Positions 54,049 to 64,000 of a stretch of DNA of 64,000 bases are shown piece after piece (position 1 is the stretch's first letter; the number at the start of each line of letters is the position of its first letter). The DNA is from a virus. The notes below the pieces were generated by a model, which saw nothing but the letters and a program-made list of their open reading frames with translations, ran no database searches and was not told where the DNA came from. A program made the position numbers and the translations under genes. The stretch is taken from the IMG/VR virus record IMGVR_UViG_3300025674_000015; one strand, 5' to 3'.

Positions 54049-57000
54049 GCTTAAAAAAATACTTTGCCGAAGGTTATAGCAAGAACAGCTTGCCGAATAC
54101 CGGTGATCAAGTAAAGAGTGAAGTAGAATCTTTAAAGTACATAAAAGCAAGATCAGAAGAAAATAACAAGTTTATACCTCATGTTGATTTTAGTTCGGCA
54201 TCGAACTTTGCTAGGTACGGATCAGCAGAAAAGTATTATGAAGATGCCTTTACGCATATCTATCAAGAATATCCCTATGATGGCTCTCTCAAAGAAAAAA
54301 CAGAGTGGGACAACTCTCTTTTGTTTGTGGATCGGTATGTTTTTGACAATCTCTATCCTAGAACAACTGGCTATGTAAAGCTCGGTGAAGAATATGGAAC
54401 ACTAGAAGCTTCCGTATCAGATTATGGTGGCGTTCCAACTGCATCATATGAATACATTCGAATCAATGGTGGTCCTAATTTATATTTTGAACCGCCGGGA
54501 GAAAGAGACCTTCCTGCTTCAACTTATCTGAAATTGGATAATGCAAACCGATTTAAACTGGACGAAGGTAGATCTTCAAACTTAAACTTTGATCTTAGCA
54601 GCGCGAAAAGCGGCTCTACTGTTGAGTTTTGGATGCACAAACAAGCCATGGTATCCAACTCTACAACAAACAGAGAAGTTATTTTCGATCTGTGGAATGG
54701 TCATAATTCGCAATCTGCCGACTATGGCCGTTTGACAATTGAAATGCAAACAGTCGACACGACAAATCCACTTTTCAAAGTTACGGCGCAGTCCGGCTCT
54801 CCGGCCTCTGGATTCTTTAGCCAAGACATTGGAACATTAACCAGAAACGATGTTATTGAAACAACTGCACATTACGCTTTTGCTTTTAAGAACGAAGATT
54901 CAAGTATCAAAGTTAGCTTTTATCACAATGGAGAGCTTAACGAAGAGAAGCTCCTAGGAACGAGCATAAATGCCGTTACAGGAGCGATGAGAGCAAATAT
55001 CGGGTCACTGGTCCATTCTCCTTCCGGAACGGCATATATGCCCTCTGTAGTTGGTTCTGAGACTATGAATGGCTGGGGTAAGTTGTCGGCTTCTTTGGAT
55101 GAGTTTAGATACTGGAGATCTGAAAGAGACGCTAAAGAGATCAAAAGATATTATAGAACCCAAGTTGGCGGTGGAACAAACACAGATTTTGACAAACATG
55201 ACAAATTCAGCCCTGTGGAGTTGGGCGTTTACTTTAAATTTAATGAAGGAATTACGCAGACTTCAAGCGTTGATTCTGTTGTTTTGGATTATTCCGGTCG
55301 CGTTTCAAACGGAGTTTGGACAGGATATGCTCAATCTAGCCGAGACACCGGTTCTCTCATTGATAATGCTTCAATTAATGATGTTGCCGAGTTTAAAGAT
55401 CCAATCATTTATTCTTTTCATCCGACAGTTGTTTCAAAATTAGATGAATTGAAAACAGAAGGGCGAATGCATGATCAGCAAAATACAGCCCTTCTTTACA
55501 ATAATTTTCCAAGTTGGATGCTTCAGGAAGACAGTGAATCAACTTTGTATCGCTTGACGCAAATTATTGGTAGTTACTTTGACAATCTTCATTTACACGT
55601 CGAAGCACTTCCTAGGCTTAAAGATACAACTTATCCTTCTGCTAGTTTCAAGCCGAGACCCTACGGAGAAAAGCTATTAGATTCCGTTGGTTTAGATGCA
55701 CCGGAGCTTTTTATTGATACCAAATTGATAGAAATCTTTGAAGCTCGCGACGAAAAGGTAATTTACGAAAAAGATCTTTCTGAAGTAAAGAACTTGATCT
55801 ATCAAAATATCTACAACAACTTGGTCAACATTTATAAATCTAAAGGAACAGAAAACTCTTTTAGAAACTTGATTCGATGTTTTGGTGTTGATAGCGAGAT
55901 CTTAAACGTTAATATCTATTCTGATAACGATGTATATACTTTTGAAGAAAACTATAAACCAAACTCTGTAAGAAAAACTTATCTAGATTTTAATGGCGCT
56001 GGTACATTCGATTCTTACGCAGCGACCGTTTACCTTACCGCGTCCGCAACGGATGCCCTCGCCGGGCCGGGATACATCTCTGCATCAAATGATTATAGAA
56101 TGTATTACATTCCGTTCTCCATGGAATCGGATGTTATATTTCCTAGAAAAGTTTCGCAACTTGGAGAGTTGGGCTTTAGAAGCTCCACTTTTCTAAGTTC
56201 TTCTATTTTTGGTTTACACTTGGCAGATCCGGATACGCACGGAAGCGATACGACTTGGCCGTCATACGATCAAGATCTAAGAGTATATGCTGTCCGTTCC
56301 GGTGGCTCTTCTAGAAATGCTAAGTTTGTTTTGACCGGTAGTTTACAGTCCGGAGCTTCTTCTGTTTTAATCGAAACAGACACTTATTTAGATGTTTATG
56401 ACGAAGCTAAATGGAACTTTGCAGTCAGGTTAAAACATGAGGACTTTCCCTATACAAATGGAATTGATGGAACTGTAGATCCTAGCAAGAAGTATGTTCT
56501 TGAGTTTTACGGAGCAGCTTTTGAAGCAGGGTTTATTAGACAAAGCTTCCATAAGTCAGCTAGTATTGAACTGGGAACGCCAGTTCAAGACATTTTAAGA
56601 AAGCCGAAAAGACCTTATATCGGGGCTCACAGAACAAACTTCACTGGCTCAGTGCAAGAGTATTCTGATGCCAAGATTGGTTCCTTTAGATTCTGGCAAT
56701 CTTATCTAGATAATGAAGCTGTTCAGGCACATGCCAGAGATCCTAGGAATGTTGGAAGCCTGAACCCTTCCAAAAATGCTTTCTTTTTAGATGATTCCCT
56801 TACGGGTTCGAATATCCCACAGATTGAAACTTTGGTCATGAATTGGGAGTTTCAAAAAGAAAATAACCTGACCTCCTCTGCTGGAGGTGTTATAGAAGAC
56901 ATCTTAGATTGGTCTTCTGGCTCAACTGAGACAAAATACGATACTCAGCATAAGTTTTTAGGCGCTATCCTTAATAGGGCGCATACAGGGCGTGGTTTTG

Positions 57001-60000
57001 GTTTTTCTGGAAGCTCCGGACAAATGTTCAAAGACGAATATGTTTTTGTACATGAGCAGCAACCAATTGAAACGGTGAATTCAGATTCAACAGTTAATAT
57101 TTTGTCGGAAGATGATGAACTTTTTACAAGAGACTCTCGACCGGTAAAACACGTTGTTACCGTAGAAAAAAGTATGAACCGCGTTGTTTCAAATGAAATG
57201 CTCAAATACTTTGGAAGTATGAAGGATTTGAACAATATTGTTGGAGAACCCGTCAACCGATATAGAAAAGAATATAAAGCACTTTCGAAAATAAGGCATT
57301 TGTTCTACGAAAAAGTGCAAAACACACCCGATATTGACAAGTTTTTGGATTTTTACAAGTGGTTGGACTTTTCTGTCAACTACATGGTTTCCCAGTTAAG
57401 TCCGGCATCGGCTCAAGTTTCTGCTGAATTTGGAGATGTGATTGAGAGTCACATTCTGGAAAGAAACAAATATCATAACAAGTTTCCTTCTATGAAGGAC
57501 GCTTTGCCTAAAAAGCCTTTAAGTGCTGTTCCTAAGTTGTCTAGGCCGGGGAGGTCTTTTTTGACTTCTCCCATTGACCCGGGCAGCTTCCCTTCGCAAA
57601 TTAAAGACCTTCACTGGTGGAAATACAAAGCGAGAAAAGCAGACATTGGTAACTCATCCGGAGATGCTGTTGTCGACGCAGATCGACAAACCATCGGAGA
57701 TTCTATAACACAAACCATGGAAAGGCAAGACACTGCCTTACTTAAAAACTTTGAAGTCTCAGATCACTCTTCGCCTAGATATTCCATCCATGGTGGAATC
57801 AACTACCCGCTGGCTAAAAAGACGGATTATATCTTATCTGCGGTTAGGCCCCATGGTCCGGCAATTGATGTCTCCGGGATGCTACTTCCATTGAATGCTA
57901 TGACAATTGCATCTAGCAGTATTACAGCCAGTTTGAACAAGTTTAATGCCAATACTGACTTTGCTTTGGATTTTCCAAATGCAAAAAGAAGAATTCAATT
58001 CAAAGCAATTAACCAAAGAGAAGATGAAAATTCCACAGACAAGTCATATGCATCGGCTAAAGGAGATATTTTTGCACCATTTAGCCTTTTTAGTGGAACT
58101 GTAGAAACTGGATATAACAAAGAAGTTGTTGATGAATTCGCTTCAGGCGTTGTTTTGACAAACTTGCATTCTGACGATTACGGCTCGCATGGCGAAACGC
58201 CGGTTCAAGGGCCATTTACATTTGCACATGTTGGCGGTAGAAAGCACAGACATGTCCGTCCGAACCGTTCAAGCTCTTACGACAACTTTACAACCACAAA
58301 CGGCTTAGATGATGAAAGAACTAGGCCGGAAGCGTTCAAACTTCTTCTTGGCGCAGAGTCTTCAACAACCGGTGAAACCGGCTTGATCGGCTTAGTTGGG
58401 CCGGATTATCCCGCATTGGACGATACTTTGTATCCGGATGTCGATACAGCCTTTTCGACTTATTATCGAAATACATTGTCGAAAAGACCATTGAACATTA
58501 GAAATATTTCATATAATACTAGTTCGGCAATTTTAGGAAACTATCGTTCCAATCACGAAGTTGTGAACACAACTGGTAGAAAAGAAAATAACTTGTATTT
58601 CAGGCTGAATGGCGCATCAGCTAGCTATTCTCCTTCTGCTTATTTAACAGGTGTTGTTGATTTTGAACTACCTGATCGCTCTTCGAAGAAAACAAAATCT
58701 GTTTTTGTTAGTAGGTTCTCTGCTCCCGGCGGTCCGGAAGTGAATGCAAGAGGCTTCTTGGACTTGGAAGCTGAAGAGTATTCTGTATATAACGCACTTC
58801 CTTATAGAAACTTGACTGTTAGGCAACCTTTAAATCAACTTCTTTCTCAGCATGCTGGGCCTTTTGGCTTGAATTGGCTGAACGGCGTTGAGGGCGGTCA
58901 TTTCCCAGCTATTAACCAAGGTGGGAATATATATGCGCCATTCCCAAATCCCGCAGCAGAGTTTCTTTCAACTTCTAGTTTGGACGGGAGTCAAGTTGCT
59001 TCTTTCCACAAGGTTAATAGAAACCGAGGAAGAAAGCTTATTTTAAGCGGAACTGCCGGAACAACCGTAGTTTCAGCTAGCCAGTTTGATAACGCATTTA
59101 TTACTCATCCGATTCCAAGAAGCGATTTGCAATATTCTTGGATTACAGCTTCGGCAGAGTATTCTAGATATCTAGGACACGCCCCTGCTGATGGTTATTA
59201 TTTTATTACAACTGCTGGTGAGATTCCGGCTATTGAGTTTTTGACCGGAAGCGATAGAGAAGAGACACCAGATTTTGCCGGGATCAATAGATTTCTATAT
59301 GAAACAGTTGATACGGAAACCAACACGGTTGGTGAATTACCCTCTGAAAGCGATATAAACAAGCTTATTTTGCATCGCGGAGGCCCATATGGATATCCAA
59401 GCTGGAAACAAGTCCGGCAGGGCCAGCATGCTATCATTAGAGAGCAAAATAAAAAGAGCGTCTTTTCTTTAACGGACGATCCTGTAACTGTGTCGGGAGA
59501 TGGATATATCCTCAAACCGGCTAGGGAAACAATAACAAACTTCACAGAATCAGCAGTATCTTTTAATAATAGACCAATGCAAGTTGAGCTTAGGTTTAGA
59601 GATAGTGATTATAACTTTAAGTTTTCTTATGGAAACTTTAAAGAGTTGTTTAAGTCGGCAGAAGTTAACAAAAGACTCAAAAACTTTAATCCTAGTTTCA
59701 ATCTAGATCCGGAAGTTAAGCCGTATGAGACGATCAAAAAGCTTTCTCAAGATCCGGAAGTTGCGATTACAAAACTTGTATATTCAGAAGGTGTTTTCCC
59801 CAAAGAAGAAAACGCCGGCTTGAATAGAACTAGGGATAAAGAAGATTATGCCGAAATTGCCGGAACAGGCTCTAACGGATATGACAGGATTTCTCTGGAT
59901 AGAAGAAAGTTTTGGGGTGCAGACGATGATCGCTTAAGAACTAGCGAATCAACTGTAACCAGAAAGCCTCATACACATGCAGCATCCGGCTCGTACTTAA

Positions 60001-63000
60001 ACTCCTTGGGTTACAAATATGGCTCTAGCGTGTGGCCTTTGGAGCTTTCTGTTTATCCAACTGGAACTGTGTATGATGATTTTGTAGGTTTCTTGCCGGC
60101 CCCAGCGCCGGCTATACAAGAATATCACTCTTACGCTGCTGGGGCTGCATATGTAACAGGAAACCTAAAAACGGTAGCCGGCGGTGCTTTTGGAGAGTTG
60201 CATATCTCCTTGGGAGCAGGTGACCGATCTGGCGCACAGCTTACTCTCTCTCCTTTACCAGCTGTTACAGGAAACAATATTATACTAGATCCAAACCTGA
60301 AAGGTATGTTTGGAACAGTCAACTACCATGGTGGTGAGTCGCCGCTAGGTTCAGATGAAAGGCTTTTGCTAGCGTATAAATACCCAACAGCGTCTATTTT
60401 TTATTCTTATCTTCCGGAGTTAGGATTTTCGTCTTCTGCTGAGTTTGTATTCCCACACCGGGTTCACGAGCAAGCAGGGAGATATCCGTGGTATGATACA
60501 TATCAAGATTACGCAGACGAATTGAGAAGGTTAGGTAAAGGCTATTCTATTTTACCAGAATATAAAATGAGTGAAAACATTGACACTCTTCTAGATTCTG
60601 CCAATTTGTTTAAAAATAATAAAATGTTGACATTGGCAGGGGCAGGTGATGTTACATCTAGCGCACATGCTAGTGGTAGCACAGAATTGGAAAGATTTTT
60701 TAAAGAATATTCGCATTCTGACTTTTTATCAGAGTTTTCTGACGTAAAACAGGACTTTTCTAACTTTTCTTTAGAAAAACTAACCCTTAAGTGTAAAGGT
60801 GTAAAAAAGATTTTGCCTTATAACGGTTTTTATCCTGTTACTAGAACAACACAATTGGCTTCTTTGTTGTCTCAATCGGTAGCTCCATACCTTTCAGGTT
60901 CTTATTATGGTAGTGCTCATGCAGATCCAAATGCACAGTTTGCCTTTACAGAAAGGCCGTTAAGCGGTGCATTGGCTGTGCAGTCGTTGATGCAACCTTT
61001 CTTCGCACCGGGCATTATGTATAACACAATCAAATCCGGAATCGCTTGTGATTGGCCTTCATATACCGGTTCTTTGGATCTTTTAGATACGGAACAGATA
61101 CAAACGCCGGCATTGTTCGCGGTATCCTTCATAGCAACACAAGCACCAAACTATAGAATTCCATTTGAAATTATGACAGACTTGGAGTTTGAAAAGGCAT
61201 TACCAGAAGAAGAAGTTTATTTATTTGCACCAGACAAGGTTAATCCAAAAGATCCGACTGCTGCTGCAAATGATAATCCATTTTTAAGATATCCCTTCTT
61301 CAAGCTAACCAAAGAAAGGATTAGTAAAAGAAGGCCGAACTTTGAATTAGCTTCACAAAACTTTTTTGGAGAGGTGCCAAAGTTCTTTTTGGACGGTGGA
61401 AAATTAAACTATTTTAAATCAAAAAGAAACAAAGAGTTTAAACCTTTTGTTTCCGGAAACACATATTATATGGATGTAAAGCTGTATAAGACAGATAATT
61501 TTGACATGATCAGGAGTGCAGTTTCTGGAGTTGTTTATAACTCACTAGACGCTGTTAACCCAACAGATGGGAACATCAATGATCGGCCCCGTTCTTATCA
61601 TGGTAGGTATTTCGGCCCGCCAATGCAATATCACACAAACTCACTAGGAGTGATTGTCCATAGAGGTTTGGAGTATTCTGATCCTGCATATGCACCTTTT
61701 ACTCCTCCTTATTTCTATGGAGAATCAAAAGTTACAGTTGCATACACAGCAGATAAAGAAAACCCAACAGTGGAAGAGATTCTTTCAAAAGCAACTTATA
61801 CATATACAAACTCTGCTTTGAATGGGGATTACGCCGGTTCCGGCTCGGACGTTGGCATATTTAAAAGATTGCAGGCGACTGGCTCTTTTCACCCGCCGGT
61901 TGATTATGTTTCAGCGGCTCAAAAGGCTATGATGAATATTAGTTCATCTGTGAATCTTAGAGGGCGAAAGATAGAGTCAAAACAAGAGAGAGACACGTCC
62001 GGTGGCACAATCACGTTTAAAACCTTAGATGGAACTCCCGGAGAAGATGATGTTTGGGTTATCTCTCCAAAATTCGAGTGCCCAACCCTAAACTTCTCAG
62101 GTTCGCCAGAACAGCACCCGGCAGAATACAGCGGTGCAGTGGGGATGTGGTCTTCTTACGGAACAGAACCTTTGGCCGGCCAAGGAATCTTTTTGGAATT
62201 AGGAGACACTTACACTAAGGGTCTAGTAGCAGAGAATACAGGCTCTCTTATCGAACAGTGCGGCTTTGATTCTTCAAATGATAAATTTGGGAATGAAGGT
62301 TTTGACGCAACAACATTGAAAAGAAGAATAGGAAGGGTGGCAAAATCAAAGAAAATTTCAGAAGCAATTGTTGCAATTCCTTTCTTTGAAAAGGAAATCA
62401 AGCAAATTAGCTTGAATTTGGAACAAAAAAGTTCAACACCTTCATCTATGTTTTCGACTGTCACTAGAGATGAATACAATGGTCGTCACTTTGTTGGAAT
62501 CAACAAAGAAGTTTTTAACGTGCAAAGAAGAAACGTTTTGGACTTCAACTCCCCTGCTTTGAAAAAAGGATTTTCATTTAAAGGAGAGACTTTGGAACAA
62601 GATATCAAAAATACTTCGGTATCAAACATGATCAAGAAAATGAATAAGTTTGTTATTCCGCCACAGTTTGATTTCTTGAATTTTGATTCGATTGATCCAT
62701 TTGTAATGTATATCTTTGAATTTGAAGCAGAGCTTAACAAACAAGATCTTTCTGACATTTGGCAAGGAGTTATGCCGGCTCCAAGAAAGAACAATGGCTT
62801 TGCAGCAGAACTTCAAGAAGTTGAAATTAGCCATGGCTTCTCAAAGTTCGAATTTTATGAAGGAAATCAAAACTTCTTGTTCGGGCAAAAGGATAATAAA
62901 GTAAGGTGGCTGGTATTTAAAGTTAAACAGAGAGCAGAAAAGTTTTATGCAAACATAGCAGATCCTCAATATATTGATGGAGAGAAGAAGCTGGTTAAGA

Positions 63001-63302
63001 ACACTAGTGCGGATCACATTCATTATAACTGGCCTTATGACTTTTTCTCTTTGGTTGAAGTTGCAAAGATTGGCGTTGACATGGAAATGAATCCTAAAAA
63101 AGAAAAGCCCAAGTTCGAACAATTGGGAACTTTACAGGAGATTTCACCAATTAAACAACCAGAAGAGGATTTGATCAAACAACCACCGGCAGAAGTAGCT
63201 ACATTTGAGCCGGCAAATCAGATTCCAGTTGTTGCAGAGCCAACAATTCAAACAGCTTTGGTTTCTAGTCTTCCAAGCATAATTTTTGGAGAAGATGAAT
63301 AA
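54045..63302 (+). CDS. very large virion/baseplate protein with LamG-like domains
   Basis: 3085 aa; TVEFW..HYAF..LDEFRYW LamG-like motifs; IYKSKGT...LIRCFG (tail protein I / gp7-like motif); C-terminal YNWPYDFFSLVE. Confidence 0.75.
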   Translation: MSLKKYFAEGYSKNSLPNTGDQVKSEVESLKYIKARSEENNKFIPHVDFSSASNFARYGSAEKYYEDAFTHIYQEYPYDGSLKEKTEWDNSLLFVDRYVFDNLYPRTTGYVKLGEEYGTLEASVSDYGGVPTASYEYIRINGGPNLYFEPPGERDLPASTYLKLDNANRFKLDEGRSSNLNFDLSSAKSGSTVEFWMHKQAMVSNSTTNREVIFDLWNGHNSQSADYGRLTIEMQTVDTTNPLFKVTAQSGSPASGFFSQDIGTLTRNDVIETTAHYAFAFKNEDSSIKVSFYHNGELNEEKLLGTSINAVTGAMRANIGSLVHSPSGTAYMPSVVGSETMNGWGKLSASLDEFRYWRSERDAKEIKRYYRTQVGGGTNTDFDKHDKFSPVELGVYFKFNEGITQTSSVDSVVLDYSGRVSNGVWTGYAQSSRDTGSLIDNASINDVAEFKDPIIYSFHPTVVSKLDELKTEGRMHDQQNTALLYNNFPSWMLQEDSESTLYRLTQIIGSYFDNLHLHVEALPRLKDTTYPSASFKPRPYGEKLLDSVGLDAPELFIDTKLIEIFEARDEKVIYEKDLSEVKNLIYQNIYNNLVNIYKSKGTENSFRNLIRCFGVDSEILNVNIYSDNDVYTFEENYKPNSVRKTYLDFNGAGTFDSYAATVYLTASATDALAGPGYISASNDYRMYYIPFSMESDVIFPRKVSQLGELGFRSSTFLSSSIFGLHLADPDTHGSDTTWPSYDQDLRVYAVRSGGSSRNAKFVLTGSLQSGASSVLIETDTYLDVYDEAKWNFAVRLKHEDFPYTNGIDGTVDPSKKYVLEFYGAAFEAGFIRQSFHKSASIELGTPVQDILRKPKRPYIGAHRTNFTGSVQEYSDAKIGSFRFWQSYLDNEAVQAHARDPRNVGSLNPSKNAFFLDDSLTGSNIPQIETLVMNWEFQKENNLTSSAGGVIEDILDWSSGSTETKYDTQHKFLGAILNRAHTGRGFGFSGSSGQMFKDEYVFVHEQQPIETVNSDSTVNILSEDDELFTRDSRPVKHVVTVEKSMNRVVSNEMLKYFGSMKDLNNIVGEPVNRYRKEYKALSKIRHLFYEKVQNTPDIDKFLDFYKWLDFSVNYMVSQLSPASAQVSAEFGDVIESHILERNKYHNKFPSMKDALPKKPLSAVPKLSRPGRSFLTSPIDPGSFPSQIKDLHWWKYKARKADIGNSSGDAVVDADRQTIGDSITQTMERQDTALLKNFEVSDHSSPRYSIHGGINYPLAKKTDYILSAVRPHGPAIDVSGMLLPLNAMTIASSSITASLNKFNANTDFALDFPNAKRRIQFKAINQREDENSTDKSYASAKGDIFAPFSLFSGTVETGYNKEVVDEFASGVVLTNLHSDDYGSHGETPVQGPFTFAHVGGRKHRHVRPNRSSSYDNFTTTNGLDDERTRPEAFKLLLGAESSTTGETGLIGLVGPDYPALDDTLYPDVDTAFSTYYRNTLSKRPLNIRNISYNTSSAILGNYRSNHEVVNTTGRKENNLYFRLNGASASYSPSAYLTGVVDFELPDRSSKKTKSVFVSRFSAPGGPEVNARGFLDLEAEEYSVYNALPYRNLTVRQPLNQLLSQHAGPFGLNWLNGVEGGHFPAINQGGNIYAPFPNPAAEFLSTSSLDGSQVASFHKVNRNRGRKLILSGTAGTTVVSASQFDNAFITHPIPRSDLQYSWITASAEYSRYLGHAPADGYYFITTAGEIPAIEFLTGSDREETPDFAGINRFLYETVDTETNTVGELPSESDINKLILHRGGPYGYPSWKQVRQGQHAIIREQNKKSVFSLTDDPVTVSGDGYILKPARETITNFTESAVSFNNRPMQVELRFRDSDYNFKFSYGNFKELFKSAEVNKRLKNFNPSFNLDPEVKPYETIKKLSQDPEVAITKLVYSEGVFPKEENAGLNRTRDKEDYAEIAGTGSNGYDRISLDRRKFWGADDDRLRTSESTVTRKPHTHAASGSYLNSLGYKYGSSVWPLELSVYPTGTVYDDFVGFLPAPAPAIQEYHSYAAGAAYVTGNLKTVAGGAFGELHISLGAGDRSGAQLTLSPLPAVTGNNIILDPNLKGMFGTVNYHGGESPLGSDERLLLAYKYPTASIFYSYLPELGFSSSAEFVFPHRVHEQAGRYPWYDTYQDYADELRRLGKGYSILPEYKMSENIDTLLDSANLFKNNKMLTLAGAGDVTSSAHASGSTELERFFKEYSHSDFLSEFSDVKQDFSNFSLEKLTLKCKGVKKILPYNGFYPVTRTTQLASLLSQSVAPYLSGSYYGSAHADPNAQFAFTERPLSGALAVQSLMQPFFAPGIMYNTIKSGIACDWPSYTGSLDLLDTEQIQTPALFAVSFIATQAPNYRIPFEIMTDLEFEKALPEEEVYLFAPDKVNPKDPTAAANDNPFLRYPFFKLTKERISKRRPNFELASQNFFGEVPKFFLDGGKLNYFKSKRNKEFKPFVSGNTYYMDVKLYKTDNFDMIRSAVSGVVYNSLDAVNPTDGNINDRPRSYHGRYFGPPMQYHTNSLGVIVHRGLEYSDPAYAPFTPPYFYGESKVTVAYTADKENPTVEEILSKATYTYTNSALNGDYAGSGSDVGIFKRLQATGSFHPPVDYVSAAQKAMMNISSSVNLRGRKIESKQERDTSGGTITFKTLDGTPGEDDVWVISPKFECPTLNFSGSPEQHPAEYSGAVGMWSSYGTEPLAGQGIFLELGDTYTKGLVAENTGSLIEQCGFDSSNDKFGNEGFDATTLKRRIGRVAKSKKISEAIVAIPFFEKEIKQISLNLEQKSSTPSSMFSTVTRDEYNGRHFVGINKEVFNVQRRNVLDFNSPALKKGFSFKGETLEQDIKNTSVSNMIKKMNKFVIPPQFDFLNFDSIDPFVMYIFEFEAELNKQDLSDIWQGVMPAPRKNNGFAAELQEVEISHGFSKFEFYEGNQNFLFGQKDNKVRWLVFKVKQRAEKFYANIADPQYIDGEKKLVKNTSADHIHYNWPYDFFSLVEVAKIGVDMEMNPKKEKPKFEQLGTLQEISPIKQPEEDLIKQPPAEVATFEPANQIPVVAEPTIQTALVSSLPSIIFGEDE

Positions 63303-64000
63303 TGGCATTTTTTGATAAAAAAGAAGAAGTAATGAAAATGGAGCTAACTCCATATGGAAGATATCTTCTTTCTGTTGGCAAGCTAAGACCGCACTATTAT
63401 GCCTTCTTTGACGATGATATTGTTTATGACTCAAATTGGGCCGGCTTCTATGAGCCACAAAAAGATATACATGATAGAATTAAAGAGCAGGCCAGAAAAA
63501 AACCACAACCTTCAAACATGTCGGCGGAGGAAAGGGTTAGAAAGTCAAACAATGTTTCACGGTCGCGTGTTCAAGCAGATGTGGACAGAACAGAGCTAGC
63601 TAGGCAAGAATACTCTGAAAGAAATTATGTCTTACCTTTACCTATGGGCACATCCGATCAACTGTATGATTATGCTCCGGCTTGGTCTGTGAACATGCCT
63701 AATATTGGAATAAAAAGTAATACACAACAAATAACCGGTTCACATGCCTCTGTTCGAATCCCACAGGTTGAATTGGAAGATATCTTGGTGGTCGCAAAAG
63801 TGGAAGATGAAGGAAACCCAAATCTAGACTTTGATAAGTGTGAAGATCCTTTTGACGATATCCTAGGACTTCAACCGTTCAACGATGGATCATTCATTTC
63901 AGTCCAAGATGATTATATTTTAATTGACATTGAAGAATTAAATTCTGAGTTTAAAAATGAAAATATTGAAATTGAATTTTTTAAAAGCGCGACAAAGTTT
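63302..64000 (+). CDS. virion structural protein, 3'-truncated by window edge
   Basis: Not in the ORF track: MAFFDKKEEVMKMELTPYGRYLLSVGKLRPHYYAFFDDDIVYD...; TAATG overlap with the previous stop. Confidence 0.75.
   Translation, partial: MAFFDKKEEVMKMELTPYGRYLLSVGKLRPHYYAFFDDDIVYDSNWAGFYEPQKDIHDRIKEQARKKPQPSNMSAEERVRKSNNVSRSRVQADVDRTELARQEYSERNYVLPLPMGTSDQLYDYAPAWSVNMPNIGIKSNTQQITGSHASVRIPQVELEDILVVAKVEDEGNPNLDFDKCEDPFDDILGLQPFNDGSFISVQDDYILIDIEELNSEFKNENIEIEFFKSATKF

Noticed and set aside
1-64000. Stop-codon reassignment, as in some large phages
   Set aside because: Genes tile densely in the standard code, and TAA, TGA and TAG all end well-supported genes.

Overview
The window is a segment of a large, probably T4-like myovirus genome in the standard genetic code; I recognised no tRNA, rRNA, CRISPR array, integrase or transposase. 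It has four zones. (1) 1-9.1 kb is a GC-richer early/host-takeover region of short + strand genes: a MORN-variant fragment, three paralogues with a shared C-terminal domain, a MoxR-like AAA+ ATPase with a VWA/metallopeptidase partner, ArdC and small membrane/lipoproteins. Most cassettes have their own copy of a sigma70-type promoter that is dense in GATC sites and preceded by IHF-consensus boxes. (2) 9.06-13.46 kb contains two non-coding repeat islands (iteron-like AGAAAAATCCAT repeats with 10-bp phased A-tracts; phased TCCAA repeats). They bracket a high-GC block of tiny genes driven by a second promoter class that has a conserved upstream box instead of a -35. (3) 13.5-43 kb switches abruptly to AT-rich DNA. 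Eight tandem genes share an N-terminal MKITKS-(I/L)KKIIKEE(I/L)L(R/K)E leader, five of them with pentapeptide repeats. They are followed by a Cas4/RecB-like nuclease, proteases, nucleotidyltransferases, a Fis-like HTH, PhoH, a glycosyltransferase/methyltransferase/epimerase cluster and a gp55-like sigma factor. (4) 43-64 kb is a baseplate/virion module (GH19-like hub lysin, spike-like protein, gp25-like, gp6-like, very large virion proteins). The best candidates for undescribed biology are: a leader-tagged, recombining array of putative capsid-packaged cargo including DNA-mimic-fold proteins; a GATC/IHF-wired early promoter cassette system with two promoter classes; and an [ST][GA]S motif enriched in virion proteins near the glycosylation cluster. 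All function calls come from motif recognition by eye, with no database searches. Several ORF starts were moved downstream to the RBS-supported ATG.
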